Shown piece by piece: positions 31,499 to 42,541 of a stretch of DNA of 64,000 nt. The stretch spans positions 3,576 to 67,575 of the forward strand of contig JACKLF010000004.1 in assembly GCA_024236055.1 (NCBI GenBank), in the 5' to 3' direction. Made by a program: the position numbers and the translations under genes. Origin of the DNA: Alphaproteobacteria bacterium. Lineage in GTDB: Bacteria; Pseudomonadota; Alphaproteobacteria; Micropepsales; Micropepsaceae. The notes under the pieces were generated by a model that saw nothing but the letters and a program-made list of their open reading frames with translations, was not told where the DNA came from and did no database searches. Numbering within the stretch: the first letter of the stretch is position 1; every line of letters starts with the position of its first letter.

Positions 31499-34400
31499 CT
31501 ACTCGGCCGCGATGGCGGAAGCCGACTTCATGTCGGTCAGCGCCTTGGCATAATCGGTGGGCATCACCTTGACGAACCTGGTCACGGCATTGTCCCAGTC
31601 CTTCAGCAGCGCGGCGGCCTTTTCGCTGCCGGTGTGCAGCAGGTGCCGTTCCACCAGGATCTTCAGCCGCTCGGCATCGAAGCGCAGCATGTCGCCCATG
31701 CCGGAGTCGGCCACGCTGACGGAACGCTGGCGCGGCATGTCCGCCCCGTCGCCGGACGGCGACAAACCAACAACCTCGGCGCCATCAGACGGCTGGATCG
31801 CTTCCAGCTTGACCATCGCCTTGTTGCAGCGTTCGGCGAAGTCGCCGTCGGCGTCATAGACATAGGCAATGCCGCCCGACATGCCGGCGGCGAAATTGCG
31901 CCCCGTCTTGCCCAGCACCGCGACCACGCCGCCGGTCATGTATTCGCAGCCATGATCGCCGGTGCCTTCCACCACGGCGACCGCGCCCGAATTGCGCACG
32001 GCGAAACGCTCGCCCGCCACGCCGAGGAAATAGGCCTCGCCGGCGATCGCGCCATACAGGACGGTGTTGCCGACGATGATGTTCTCGCCCGGATCGCGCT
32101 TCACGCCCTCAGGCGGCTTGACCACGATGCGGCCGCCCGACAGGCCCTTGCCGACATAGTCGTTGCCGTCGCCGATCAGTTCCAGCGACACGCCGCGCGC
32201 CAGGAAGGCGCCGAAGCTCTGGCCGGCGGTGCCGGTGAAGGTCACGCTGATCGTGTCCTCGGGCAGGCCGGCATGGCCATGCACCTTGGCGACTTCGCCC
32301 GACAGCATCGCGCCCACCGTGCGGTCGACATTGCGGACCGTCCGCTCCAGCTGCACCGGCTGGCCGCTTTCGATGGCCGGCTTTGCGGCGGCGATCAGGT
32401 CGTGGTCCAGCGCCGTTTCCAGCCCGTGATTCTGGGTCTCGCAGTGATAGATGGCCACGCCCGGCTTGGGCGTGACATGGTGCAGGATGCGCGCCAGGTC
32501 CACGCCCTGCGCCTTCCAGTGACCGATGGCCTTCTTCATGTCCAGCCGGTCGACGCGGCCGATCATCTCGTCCACGGTCCTGAAGCCCATGGCGGCCATG
32601 ATCTCGCGCAGTTCCTCGGCGACGAAGAAGAAGTAGTTGATCACATGCTCCGGCGTGCCGGTGAAGCGCTTGCGCAGCACCGGGTTCTGGGTCGCAACCC
32701 CGACCGGGCAGGTGTTCAGGTGACACTTGCGCATCATGATGCAGCCCGAGGCGATCAGGGGCGCGGTGGCGAAGCCGAACTCGTCGGCGCCCAGCAGCGC
32801 GCCGATCGCCACGTCGCGGCCGGTGCGAAGACCGCCATCGACCTGCACGGCAATGCGCCCGCGCAAACCGTTCAGCACCAGCGTCTGCTGGGTTTCGGCC
32901 AGGCCGATTTCCCAGGGGCTGCCGGCATGGGTCAGCGAGGTCAACGGCGAGGCGCCGGTGCCGCCCTCGAAGCCCGAAATGGTGACATGGTCGGCGCGGC
33001 ACTTGGCGACGCCTGCCGCCACGGTGCCCACGCCCACTTCCGACACCAGCTTGACCGAGATGCGCGCCTGTTCGTTGACGCTTTTCAGGTCGCGGATCAG
33101 CTGCGCCAGGTCCTCGATCGAATAGATGTCATGGTGCGGCGGCGGCGAAATCAGCCCCACGCCCGGCGTGGAATGGCGCACCTTGGCGATATTGGCATCG
33201 ACCTTGTGGCCGGGCAGCTGGCCGCCCTCGCCGGGCTTGGCGCCCTGGGCCATCTTGATCTGGATGTCGTCGGCATTGACCAGATATTCGGTGGTCACGC
33301 CGAACCGGCCCGATGCGACCTGCTTGATGCGCGAGCGCATGGAATCGCCGTTGGGCAGCGGCACGAAGCGATCCGGTTCCTCGCCGCCCTCGCCGGTGTT
33401 GGAGCGCCCGCCGATGCGGTTCATGGCAATGGCCAGGTTGGTGTGGGCTTCTCTGGAGATCGAGCCGAAGCTCATCGCCCCGGTCGAGAAACGCTTGACG
33501 ATTTCCGACGCCGGCTCGACTTCATCCAGCGGAATGGCGTCTTCCGCATTCTTGAACTCCATCAGCCCGCGCAGGGTCAGCAGCCGCTGGCTCTGTTCGT
33601 TGATGGCGTCGGCGAATTCCCGGTACTCGGACGGGTTGTTGCCGCGCACCGCGTGCTGAAGCCGCGACACGCTGTCGGGGGTCCAGGCATGGTCCTCGCC
33701 GCGCAGGCGGAAGGCATAGTCGCCGCCCACATCCAGCATGTTGCGATAGATCGGATTGTCGCCAAAGGCGTCGCGGTGACGGCGCACGCTTTCCTCGGCG
33801 ATTTCCTCCAGCCCGACGCCCTCGATGGTGCTGGCCGTGCCGGTGAAATATTTCTCGATGAAGGCGCTGGACAGGCCCACCGCGTCGAAAATCTGCGCGC
33901 CGCAATAGGACTGGTAGGTGGAGATGCCCATCTTGGACATCACCTTCAGCATGCCCTTGCCCACCGCCTTGATGTAGTTCTTCTGCACTTCCGAAGACTT
34001 CATCGCCAGGTTCAGGCGCACGCGGATCTGCTCCAGCGTCTCGAAGGCCAGGTACGGGTTGATCGCCTCGGCGCCATAGCCGGCCAGCACGCAGAAGTGA
34101 TGCACTTCGCGCGCTTCGCCGGTTTCCACCACCAGGCCGGTCTGCATGCGCAGGCCCTGGCGGATCAGATGGTGATGCACCGCCGCCGTCGCCAGCGCCG
34201 CGGGCACCGCGACGCGGTCGGACGAGATCGCCCGGTCCGACAGGATCAGGATGTTGTTGTCGGCCAGAACCGCGTCGGTGGCGTCATGGCAGATGCGCTG
34301 CAGCGCGCCCGACAGTCCGGCCGCGCCTTCACTGGCCGGCCAGGTGCAGTCGATGGTGGCGGTGCGGAAAGCGCCGTCCACCAGCTCGCTGATCGAACGG

Positions 34401-36151
34401 ATCTTCTCGACATCGGCATTGGTCAGCACCGGCTGGCTGACTTCCAGCCGCTTGTGTGCGCCCGCTTCCTGGCCCAGCAGGTTGGGGCGCGGGCCGATCA
34501 TCGACACCAGGCTCATCACTAGCTCCTCGCGGATCGGATCGATCGGCGGGTTGGTCACCTGGGCGAAGTTCTGCTTGAAATAGTTGTAGAGCAGCTTGGG
34601 TTTCTTCGACAGCACCGCGATGGGCGTGTCGGCGCCCATCGAGCCGATGGGGTCCTCGCCCTTGGTCGCCATCGGCTCCAGGAAGAACTGGATGTCTTCC
34701 TGCGAATAGCCGAAGGCCTGCTGGGCATCGAGCAGCAGCGCCGGATCGCCGGCCTGGGCGCGGTGGTCCTCGGGCAGGTCGGGCAGTTCTTCCAGCTTGT
34801 ACTGGGCTTCCTTCAGCCAGTCCTCGTAAGGCTCGGCATCGGAATATTTCTGCTTGATCTCCTCATCGTCGATGATGCGGCCTTCCTCGAAGTCGATCAG
34901 CAGCATCTTGCCGGGCTGCAGCCGCCACTTGCGCAGGATCTTTTCTTCCGCGACCGGGATGACGCCCGATTCCGAGGCCATGATCACCAGGTCGTCCTCG
35001 GTGATGACATAGCGGGCGGGGCGCAGGCCATTGCGGTCCAGCGTGGCGCCGATCTGGCGGCCGTCGGTAAAGGCGATGGCCGCGGGGCCGTCCCACGGCT
35101 CCATCAGGGCTGCGTGATATTCGTAGAAGGCGCGGCGCTGGGCATCCATGCTCTTGTTGCCGGCCCAGGCTTCGGGGATCAGCATCATCACCGCATGGGC
35201 CAGCGGATAGCCGCCCGCCACCAGCAGTTCCAGCGCATTGTCCAGGCAGGCGGTGTCGGACTGGCCGTGCGGAATCAGCGGCCACATCTTGTCCAGGTCC
35301 GGACCCAGCAGTTCGGATTCCATGGTGCGGCGGCGCGCATTCATCCAGTTGACGTTGCCGCGCACCGTGTTGATCTCGCCATTGTGGGCGATGAAGCGAT
35401 AGGGATGCGACAGCTTCCAGCTGGGGAAGGTGTTGGTCGAGAAGCGCTGATGCACCAGCGCCACCGCCGAAACGGTCAGCGGATTCTGCAGGTCGCGGTA
35501 GAAGCGGCCCACATCATGCGCCAGCAGCAGCCCCTTGTAGACCACCGTGCGGGTGGACAGGCTGGGCATGTACAGGTTGTTGATCGCCGGCAGATTGTGC
35601 TTGGCGGCCAGGCCGGCCAGCGGGTTCTGCGTCTGCTTGCGGATCGCCAGCAGCTTGCGTTCGAAATGATCCTGGCTGCGGATCTTGGGACCGGCGGCGA
35701 TGATCGCCTGGCGGATCAGCGGCATCTCGTCCAGCACGGTCTTGCCCAAACCGCTGGGATCGGTGGGCACATCGCGCCAGCCCAGCAGAAGCTGGCCTTC
35801 GACCTTGATGAAATGCTCGAACTGCTTGACCACGATCTCGCGCGCCTTGGCGTCCTGGGGCAGGAAGCACATGGCCACGGCATACTGGCCCGGTTCGGGC
35901 AGGGTGATCCCTGCGCCCTTGGACCATTCGCGCAGCAGCGCATCGGGAATCTGAATCAGAATGCCCGCGCCATCGCCCACCAAGGGATCGGCGCCCACCG
36001 CGCCGCGATGGTCGAGATTGATCAGGAGCTGAAGCCCCTGACTGATGATCTCATGCGACCTGGCGCCCTTGATATTGGCGACAAAGCCCACGCCGCAGGC
36101 ATCATGTTCGTTGCGCGGGTCGTAAAGACCCTGTTTCGCTGGCAGACCCAT
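31499..36151 (-). CDS. gltB: Glutamate synthase large subunit
   Basis: [45 protein letters not shown]; ATG 36151. Confidence 0.98.
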   Translation of the reverse strand: MGLPAKQGLYDPRNEHDACGVGFVANIKGARSHEIISQGLQLLINLDHRGAVGADPLVGDGAGILIQIPDALLREWSKGAGITLPEPGQYAVAMCFLPQDAKAREIVVKQFEHFIKVEGQLLLGWRDVPTDPSGLGKTVLDEMPLIRQAIIAAGPKIRSQDHFERKLLAIRKQTQNPLAGLAAKHNLPAINNLYMPSLSTRTVVYKGLLLAHDVGRFYRDLQNPLTVSAVALVHQRFSTNTFPSWKLSHPYRFIAHNGEINTVRGNVNWMNARRRTMESELLGPDLDKMWPLIPHGQSDTACLDNALELLVAGGYPLAHAVMMLIPEAWAGNKSMDAQRRAFYEYHAALMEPWDGPAAIAFTDGRQIGATLDRNGLRPARYVITEDDLVIMASESGVIPVAEEKILRKWRLQPGKMLLIDFEEGRIIDDEEIKQKYSDAEPYEDWLKEAQYKLEELPDLPEDHRAQAGDPALLLDAQQAFGYSQEDIQFFLEPMATKGEDPIGSMGADTPIAVLSKKPKLLYNYFKQNFAQVTNPPIDPIREELVMSLVSMIGPRPNLLGQEAGAHKRLEVSQPVLTNADVEKIRSISELVDGAFRTATIDCTWPASEGAAGLSGALQRICHDATDAVLADNNILILSDRAISSDRVAVPAALATAAVHHHLIRQGLRMQTGLVVETGEAREVHHFCVLAGYGAEAINPYLAFETLEQIRVRLNLAMKSSEVQKNYIKAVGKGMLKVMSKMGISTYQSYCGAQIFDAVGLSSAFIEKYFTGTASTIEGVGLEEIAEESVRRHRDAFGDNPIYRNMLDVGGDYAFRLRGEDHAWTPDSVSRLQHAVRGNNPSEYREFADAINEQSQRLLTLRGLMEFKNAEDAIPLDEVEPASEIVKRFSTGAMSFGSISREAHTNLAIAMNRIGGRSNTGEGGEEPDRFVPLPNGDSMRSRIKQVASGRFGVTTEYLVNADDIQIKMAQGAKPGEGGQLPGHKVDANIAKVRHSTPGVGLISPPPHHDIYSIEDLAQLIRDLKSVNEQARISVKLVSEVGVGTVAAGVAKCRADHVTISGFEGGTGASPLTSLTHAGSPWEIGLAETQQTLVLNGLRGRIAVQVDGGLRTGRDVAIGALLGADEFGFATAPLIASGCIMMRKCHLNTCPVGVATQNPVLRKRFTGTPEHVINYFFFVAEELREIMAAMGFRTVDEMIGRVDRLDMKKAIGHWKAQGVDLARILHHVTPKPGVAIYHCETQNHGLETALDHDLIAAAKPAIESGQPVQLERTVRNVDRTVGAMLSGEVAKVHGHAGLPEDTISVTFTGTAGQSFGAFLARGVSLELIGDGNDYVGKGLSGGRIVVKPPEGVKRDPGENIIVGNTVLYGAIAGEAYFLGVAGERFAVRNSGAVAVVEGTGDHGCEYMTGGVVAVLGKTGRNFAAGMSGGIAYVYDADGDFAERCNKAMVKLEAIQPSDGAEVVGLSPSGDGADMPRQRSVSVADSGMGDMLRFDAERLKILVERHLLHTGSEKAAALLKDWDNAVTRFVKVMPTDYAKALTDMKSASAIAAE

Positions 36152-36358
36152 CGAATTACCCCAAAATCCCAGCCGATCACGCACGCCTCTCCCGCCCGGT
36201 CAAACCAAGCAAGAAAGTTGCGCGCTGTTCTCGAATTACCCGCTATTCCAACACGCTAGAGGTTGCGACGCAACACGCCAGATTTGCACTAGGTAAATAC
36301 GTGCCCATGCGATTTTTGCATATCTAGGAATGCGCCAGAGAGCCCCCAACGGGAGCGA

Positions 36359-36402
36359 TTGACTCCGCCCCCGCCCGGCGCATTATAGAACATAACATGA
36401 AC
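36359..36402 (+). promoter_or_regulatory. imuA promoter with alphaproteobacterial LexA (SOS) box
   Basis: GAAC-ATAACAT-GAAC at 36388-36402 fits GAAC-N7-GAAC; TTGACT (-35-like) at 36359 and ATTATAG (-10-like) at about 36382. Confidence 0.85.
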
Positions 36403-37197
36403 AATTCAGCCAAAATCGCCGAATTGCGCCATTCCCTGGCGCGCCACGCATCCGGAGCGGCAGGCCAGACTGCGGTGCCGCTGGGCCATGCCGCGGCCGA
36501 CCGTGTCTTGGGCGGCGGGCTGAAAGCGGGCGCCCTGCACGAAGTCTTTGCCGAAGACTGGGGCGGGGGCGGCTTTGCCCTGCTGCTGGCGGCCAGACTG
36601 ACAACGAGACTGACAACAAGACTGGCAACGAGATTGGCGAGCGCACGCACGGATCGCCCCGCCCCCCTGTTCTGGGTGCGCGGCGATTATGCCGCCCGCG
36701 AATATGGCGCGCTCGATCCGATGGGACTGGCCGCGCTGGGGGTCGATCCGCGCGGCTTGGTGATGGTGCGCGCGCCGCGGCCCGCCGACGCCCTGGCGGC
36801 GGCCGGCGACATTCTGGCCTGCCCGCATGTGGGAGCGCTGCTGCTGGAGATGGAGGCCAATCCCAAGGTGCTCGACCTGACCGCCAGCCGCCGCCTGGCG
36901 CTGGCAGCCGAAACATCGGGCGCGGGTCTGGTCCTGCTGCGCGAAGGCGCGCGCGAAACACCCAGCGCCGCCCACACACGCTGGCGCGCCCGCGCCGCGC
37001 CCTCGCACCCCGATGACGATGACTGGGGCAGGCCGCGCTTTGCGGTGGAGCTGGTGCGGCATCGATCAGGCGGGGTCGGAAAATTTTTGATGGAATGGAA
37101 GTCTGAACATGGCTGCTTCGACGCGGCGGATCATGGCGCTGTGGCTGCCGCGCCTTTCCACCGACAGGCTGACGCGCAAGGCCGCCGCGCCGTCTGA
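36397..37197 (+). CDS. imuA: ImuA (RecA/SulA-like) mutagenesis protein
   Basis: LGGGLKAGALHE, LDLTASRRLALAAE, PSAAHTRW, ELVRHR; first gene of the cassette. Confidence 0.88.
   Translation: MNNSAKIAELRHSLARHASGAAGQTAVPLGHAAADRVLGGGLKAGALHEVFAEDWGGGGFALLLAARLTTRLTTRLATRLASARTDRPAPLFWVRGDYAAREYGALDPMGLAALGVDPRGLVMVRAPRPADALAAAGDILACPHVGALLLEMEANPKVLDLTASRRLALAAETSGAGLVLLREGARETPSAAHTRWRARAAPSHPDDDDWGRPRFAVELVRHRSGGVGKFLMEWKSEHGCFDAADHGAVAAAPFHRQADAQGRRAV
36595..36642 (+). repeat. In-frame 12-bp tandem repeat x4 within imuA
   Basis: AGACTGACAACG AGACTGACAACA AGACTGGCAACG AGATTGGCGAGC encodes RLTT RLTT RLAT RLAS. Confidence 0.85.
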
Positions 37198-38665
37198 AAC
37201 ATTGCCTGAACCATTATCGGGGGCGCCGCTGGTCATCGCCGGCAAGGCGAACAATGCGCTGGTCGTGCATGCGCTGGAGGCGCGCGCCGAAAGGTTGGGG
37301 CTTTATCCCGGCCAGCCCCTGGCCAATGCCCGCGCCATGGTCCAGCCGCTGCGCGTGGTGCCCGCCGATGAAAAGGCCGACGCCGCGCTGCTGGAGAACA
37401 TGGCCGACTGGTGCGACCGCTTCACACCGCTGGTGACACTGGACGCGCCGGACGGGCTTTACCTCGACATCAGCGGGGCGGCGCACCTGTTCGGCGGTGA
37501 AGCGGCGATGCTCGAAGACGTGCTGACCAGAATTGCGGCCCAGGGCTTTGCCATACAGGGCGCCATTGCCGGCACATCGCTGGCGGCCCGCGCATTGGCG
37601 CGTTATCGAAACCGCACCATCGCCCCGCCGGGCGGCGCGGCGAAAGCCGTGTCACCGCTGCCCATCGCCGCACTGGATTGCGATGCCAAAGCCCTGCGCG
37701 CCCTGCGTCATGCCGGGCTGAAAAGCGTGGGCCAGGTGGCGCAGCGCCAGCCCGGCGAACTGGCCGCGCGGCTGGGACAGGATTTCGTGCGCCGCCTGCG
37801 CGTGATGCTGGGCCAGGCGCAGGACCCGCTGGCGCCGCGCCGTCCCCTGCCCGACCTGATGGCCGAGCAGCGCTTCGCCGATCCGGTCGTCAGCCGCGAC
37901 GTGACCGCCGCCACCCTGCTGGCGCTGGCGCAAAGCCTTTGCGGCCTTCTGGAGCGCCAGGGCCGTGGCGCGCGGATCTTGCAGGCGGCCTTCTTTCGCG
38001 CCGATGGCAAGACCGAGCGCATCGCGGTGCGCATGGCCGCGCCCCTGCGCGATCCCGCTGTCATGCTGCGACTTCTGAACCAGAAGCTGGACGCGCTGGC
38101 CGATCCGCTGGACCCCGGCTTCGGCTTTGACCTGATCCGGCTGGAAGCAGTACTGGCCGAGGAAACAAAATCCGCCACCGTCAGTTTCGACGTGGACGCG
38201 AATGCCCGCCGCCAGGTGCTGTTCCTGATCGACCGGCTGTCGGCGCGTTTGGGTGAAAGCCGCGTGCTGCGCTTTTTGCCCCAGGACACGCACATTCCCG
38301 AAGCGGCGGCCGCCGCCATTCCCGCGCAGGATGATGACTTTGAAGACGGTGCATGGCCCGCCCCCGCCGACCCGCCGCCGCGCCCCCTGCGTCTGCTGGA
38401 ACGGCCCGAAGAAATTTCCCATGTCGTCGCTGCGGTGCCCGACGCCCCGCCCGCACGCTTTCGCTGGCGCCAGTGCCTGCATGAAGTGGCGCGCGCCGAA
38501 GGCCCCGAACGCATTGCGATGCAGTGGTGGCATCATCCGGGGGCAACACGCGACTACTTCCGCGTGGAAACCCGTTCGGGCCAGCGCTTCTGGCTCTATC
38601 GCGACGGGCTGTACCGGCAGGCCGGCCTGGCGCCGCGCTGGTACCTGCAGGGCATTTTCGCATGA
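37109..38665 (+). CDS. imuB: ImuB, inactive Y-family polymerase
   Basis: ALWLPRLSTDRL, RFTPLV, DISGAAHLFGGE, DPGFGFD, GPERI..WW, RDYF, WLYRDG. Confidence 0.93.
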   Translation: MAASTRRIMALWLPRLSTDRLTRKAAAPSETLPEPLSGAPLVIAGKANNALVVHALEARAERLGLYPGQPLANARAMVQPLRVVPADEKADAALLENMADWCDRFTPLVTLDAPDGLYLDISGAAHLFGGEAAMLEDVLTRIAAQGFAIQGAIAGTSLAARALARYRNRTIAPPGGAAKAVSPLPIAALDCDAKALRALRHAGLKSVGQVAQRQPGELAARLGQDFVRRLRVMLGQAQDPLAPRRPLPDLMAEQRFADPVVSRDVTAATLLALAQSLCGLLERQGRGARILQAAFFRADGKTERIAVRMAAPLRDPAVMLRLLNQKLDALADPLDPGFGFDLIRLEAVLAEETKSATVSFDVDANARRQVLFLIDRLSARLGESRVLRFLPQDTHIPEAAAAAIPAQDDDFEDGAWPAPADPPPRPLRLLERPEEISHVVAAVPDAPPARFRWRQCLHEVARAEGPERIAMQWWHHPGATRDYFRVETRSGQRFWLYRDGLYRQAGLAPRWYLQGIFA

Positions 38666-41600
38666 GTTATGTGGAACTGGCCGTCACCACCAATTTTTCC
38701 TTCCTGCGCGGAGCCTCGCATCCGCAGGAATTCGTGACCCAGGCTGCCGCCCTGGGCTATCCGGCCATCGGCATCGCCGACCGCAATTCCCTGGCGGGGG
38801 TGGTGCGCGCCTATGGCGCCTGGCAGGAGTTGCCGCAAGCGACCCGCCCGCGCCTGCTGATCGGCGCGCGGCTGGTCTTCCGGGACGGCACGCCCGACAT
38901 CCTGGCATACCCTAAAAACCGCAAGGCCTATGCCCGGCTGTCGCGCCTGATCTCGGTCGGCAAGCTGCGCGCGAAAAAGGGCGACTGCCTGCTGGATCTT
39001 GCCGATCTGCTGCAACACCGGCGCGGCCTGCAACTCATCGTCATGCCCTCGGCCGACGCCAAAGTGACAAGCGCCACGCTCAAAACATTGGGCCCCGACA
39101 CCTGGCTGGCCGCATCGATGCTTTACACCGGCGAGGACCGGCGCCGCCTGCGCGACCTGGCGGCCATCGCCCGCGACGCGCGCGTGCCGCTGATCGCGGT
39201 CAACGACGCGCTCTATCACGCGCCCGAACGGCGCGCCCTGCAGGATGTCGTCACCTGCATCCGTGAGCATGTCACGCTGGAGGCTGCGGGCCGCCGGCTT
39301 CAGCCCAATGCCGAACGGCATCTGAAACCCCCGGCCGAAATGGCCCGCCTGTTTCGCGCCTGTCCCGGCGCGGTGAACGAGACATTGCGCTTTGCCGACG
39401 CCATCGGTTTCGACCTGGGCGAACTGGGCCAGCGTTACCCGCGCGAGCCGGTGCCGCGCGGCAAGACGCCCGACGGCTATCTGACCGAACTGACCTGGCT
39501 GGGACTGAAGACCCGTTATCCCGCGCGCATTCCCCGCAAGGTACTGGCCACCGCGATCAAGGAACTGCGCTTTATCCGCGCCCATGCCATCGCCCACTAT
39601 TTCCTGACCGTGCGCGACATCGTCGCCTTCGCGCGCAGCCAGGACATCCTGTGCCAGGGGCGCGGTTCGGCGGCCAATTCTGTCGTCTGCTATGCGCTGG
39701 GCGTCACATCCGTCGACCCCACCGAGATCGAGGTCCTGTTCGAACGCTTCCTGAGCGACGAGCGGCGCGAGCCGCCCGACATCGATGTCGATTTCGAGCA
39801 TGAGCGCCGCGAGGAGGTGATCCAGTATGTCTATCGCCGCTATGGCCCGCGCCGCGCCGCCCTGACCGCCACCGTCATCTCCTATCGCGGGCGCAGCGCC
39901 ATCCGCGAGGTGGGCAAGGTGTTCGGCCTGACCGATGACATCACCGGCAAGCTGGCCGACGCGGTCTGGGGCAGCCATGGCGGACAGATGGAGGAATATC
40001 AGGTCCGCCAGGGCCAGGCCGATCCCGCCAACCCGGCCATCGCCCAGGCCGTACATTTCGCCAACGAACTGCAGGGCTTTCCCCGCCATCTGTCCCAGCA
40101 TGTCGGCGGTTTCGTGCTGACGGCGGGCAAGCTGGACTGGACCGTTCCCATCGGCCCCGCCGCGATGGACGGCCGCTGGTTCATCGAATGGGACAAGGAC
40201 GATCTGGACACGCTGAAGATCATGAAGGTCGATGTGCTGGCGCTGGGCATGCTGACCTGCATCCGCAAGGCCTTCGACCTGATCGGCGCCCATGCCCCGG
40301 GCCGCGATGCCAAACCGGCGCTGGCCACCATCCCCCAGAACGATGCGGCGGTTTACGACATGCTGTGCGCCGCCGACGCCATTGGCGTGTTCCAGGTGGA
40401 AAGCCGCGCCCAGATGAACATGCTGCCGCGCCTGAGGCCCCGCATCTTCTACGACCTGGTGGTGGAGGTGGCGATCGTGCGTCCCGGCCCCATCCAGGGC
40501 GGCATGGTTCATCCCTATCTGAAGCGGCGCGCCGATCCGTCCCTGATTCAATTCCCCGCGCCGCATCCCGATCACGGCCCGCCGGACGAGCTTTACCGCG
40601 TGCTGGAAAAGACCAAGGGCGTGCCGCTGTTTCAGGAACAGGCGATGCGCCTGGCCATCGTGGCGGCGAAATTCACCTCCGACGAGGCCAACGGGTTGCG
40701 CCGCGCCATGGCCTCCTTCCGCCACCTGGGCACCATCCACACCTTCCAGGAAAAATTCGTCGGGCGCATGACCGCGCGCGGCTATGACCCCGAATTCGCC
40801 GCCGCCTGTTTCGAGCAGATCAAGGGCTTCGGCAATTACGGCTTTCCCGAAAGCCATGCCGCCAGCTTCGCGCTGCTGGTCTATGTCTCGGCCTGGATCA
40901 AGAAGCATCATCCGGCAGCCTTCTGCGCGGCGCTGCTCAATTCCCAGCCCATGGGCTTTTATGCCCCCGCCGAGATCGTGCGCTGTGCGCGCGAGCATGG
41001 CGTCGCCGTGCTGGCGCCCGACGCCGCCTTCAGCGACTGGGACAACACGCTGGAACGCGGGCCTGACGGCGCGCTGGCGGTGCGGCTGGGCTTTCGCCAG
41101 CTGGACGGTTTTCGCGAAGTGGACGCCCGCGCCATCATGGACAATCGCGGCTATGGCTATCGCGCTTTTGCCGACTTTGCCCGCCGCACCGGCCTGCCGC
41201 GCCGCGCCCTGGTACTGCTGGCCGAGGCGGATGGCTTTCGCGGTTTCGGGCTGGACCGCCGCGAAGGGCTGTGGGCGGTGCGCCGGCTGCCCGACGATGA
41301 TCCCCTGCCGCTGTTCGCGCATGCCGCCGAACAGGGCGACGAAACCATCGCCCCCCTGCCCGTCATGCCGCTCAGCGAGCATGTGCTGGCCGACTACCAG
41401 ACCATCCGCCTGTCGCTGAAGGGCTATCCCACCCAGTTCCTGCGCGCGAACCTGGATGCGCAGGGCGTTACAAGCTGCGCGGGCGTGGGCGGGCTGCGCG
41501 ACGGCGCGAAGGTGCGCTGCGCCGGCATCGTGCTGGTGCGCCAGCGGCCGGGCGAGGGCAAGGCGGTCTTCATCACCCTCAGCGACGAGACCGGCGTGTG

Positions 41601-41901
41601 CAATGTGGTGGTGTGGCTGGATACCTTCCGCGCCTTCCGCAGGGAAGTGATGGGCGCGCGGCTTTTGCTGGCCGAAGGCCGGGTGCAGAAAAGTCCCGAA
41701 GGTGTGGTGCATCTGATGGCGGAAAAGCTGGTCGACCGCAGCGCCGACCTGAAGGCGCTGATGGATGACGGCATCGGCGCATCAAAGCATCAGCCCGGCG
41801 CGGGCCATCCGGCGGGGACGCACCACCCGCGCCCAAATCACCCGCGACCAAATCACCCGCGCAATGTGCGTGTGCTGCCGCCGTCGCGCGACTTCCATTA
41901 A
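38662..41901 (+). CDS. dnaE2: Error-prone DNA polymerase DnaE2 (ImuC)
   Basis: TNFSFLRGASHP, GRGSAANS, PPDIDVDFEH, YGFPESHA, C-terminal SRDFH; ATGA overlap with imuB. Confidence 0.96.
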   Translation: MSYVELAVTTNFSFLRGASHPQEFVTQAAALGYPAIGIADRNSLAGVVRAYGAWQELPQATRPRLLIGARLVFRDGTPDILAYPKNRKAYARLSRLISVGKLRAKKGDCLLDLADLLQHRRGLQLIVMPSADAKVTSATLKTLGPDTWLAASMLYTGEDRRRLRDLAAIARDARVPLIAVNDALYHAPERRALQDVVTCIREHVTLEAAGRRLQPNAERHLKPPAEMARLFRACPGAVNETLRFADAIGFDLGELGQRYPREPVPRGKTPDGYLTELTWLGLKTRYPARIPRKVLATAIKELRFIRAHAIAHYFLTVRDIVAFARSQDILCQGRGSAANSVVCYALGVTSVDPTEIEVLFERFLSDERREPPDIDVDFEHERREEVIQYVYRRYGPRRAALTATVISYRGRSAIREVGKVFGLTDDITGKLADAVWGSHGGQMEEYQVRQGQADPANPAIAQAVHFANELQGFPRHLSQHVGGFVLTAGKLDWTVPIGPAAMDGRWFIEWDKDDLDTLKIMKVDVLALGMLTCIRKAFDLIGAHAPGRDAKPALATIPQNDAAVYDMLCAADAIGVFQVESRAQMNMLPRLRPRIFYDLVVEVAIVRPGPIQGGMVHPYLKRRADPSLIQFPAPHPDHGPPDELYRVLEKTKGVPLFQEQAMRLAIVAAKFTSDEANGLRRAMASFRHLGTIHTFQEKFVGRMTARGYDPEFAAACFEQIKGFGNYGFPESHAASFALLVYVSAWIKKHHPAAFCAALLNSQPMGFYAPAEIVRCAREHGVAVLAPDAAFSDWDNTLERGPDGALAVRLGFRQLDGFREVDARAIMDNRGYGYRAFADFARRTGLPRRALVLLAEADGFRGFGLDRREGLWAVRRLPDDDPLPLFAHAAEQGDETIAPLPVMPLSEHVLADYQTIRLSLKGYPTQFLRANLDAQGVTSCAGVGGLRDGAKVRCAGIVLVRQRPGEGKAVFITLSDETGVCNVVVWLDTFRAFRREVMGARLLLAEGRVQKSPEGVVHLMAEKLVDRSADLKALMDDGIGASKHQPGAGHPAGTHHPRPNHPRPNHPRNVRVLPPSRDFH

Positions 41902-41907
41902 CGCGAA

Positions 41908-42480
41908 TCAATACGTCTGGCCGACATCCTGCGACTGGCGCAGCACGGGCGCCGGTACGGGACCCGGCGGCGCGGGCGTATAGCCCGCCGGCGCCGCATT
42001 GCCGCCCAGGCTGCCCTGCAGCGGCGGAGGCGGCGGGGGCAGGTTCGCCGCCTGCACCGGCTGGGGCGCAGAGGGAATATTCTGTCCCGCAGCTGGCGCA
42101 CCTTGGGGCTGCAAGCCCGCCCGCAGCATCTGCTCGTCGCCCGCCGCGCGCGCCACCGCCACCTGCGGATTGCGCAGATAACCCGCCGACAGGCGCTGGC
42201 GCAGATTGACCGCCAGCATGTCCGCCGTCAGGCCCGCCGCGGGCACGTCGCCCAGAAGCTCCAGATGCACCTTGCCGTCGGCGGCCACGGGGAAGATGCC
42301 GCTCAGTTCCTGTTCGCCCGCCACCACGATGCGCACACTGTCGCCCGGTTTCAGCAGGTCGGCCTGGGTGGCGGCAGCGCCCGGCGGAGCGGTTTCAGGC
42401 CCCATCACGTCGTTCACCAGCCCGCAGCCCGACAAAAGCGCAGGCAGAAGAAAAAGGACGGGAAGGCAACTGCGCCGCAT
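41908..42480 (-). CDS. Short polysaccharide export lipoprotein (Wza/Poly_export domain)
   Basis: Lipobox LSGC; LKPGDSVRIVVAGEQELSG..V..DG..LELLGDVPAAGLT..GYLRNPQV; Pro-rich tail. Confidence 0.82.
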   Translation of the reverse strand: MRRSCLPVLFLLPALLSGCGLVNDVMGPETAPPGAAATQADLLKPGDSVRIVVAGEQELSGIFPVAADGKVHLELLGDVPAAGLTADMLAVNLRQRLSAGYLRNPQVAVARAAGDEQMLRAGLQPQGAPAAGQNIPSAPQPVQAANLPPPPPPLQGSLGGNAAPAGYTPAPPGPVPAPVLRQSQDVGQTY

Positions 42481-42541
42481 ATGCTTGTCCGTGACCCGGC
42501 GAATCGTTCCCCTTATTATCCGTTCGGACGCATGCGGGGCA

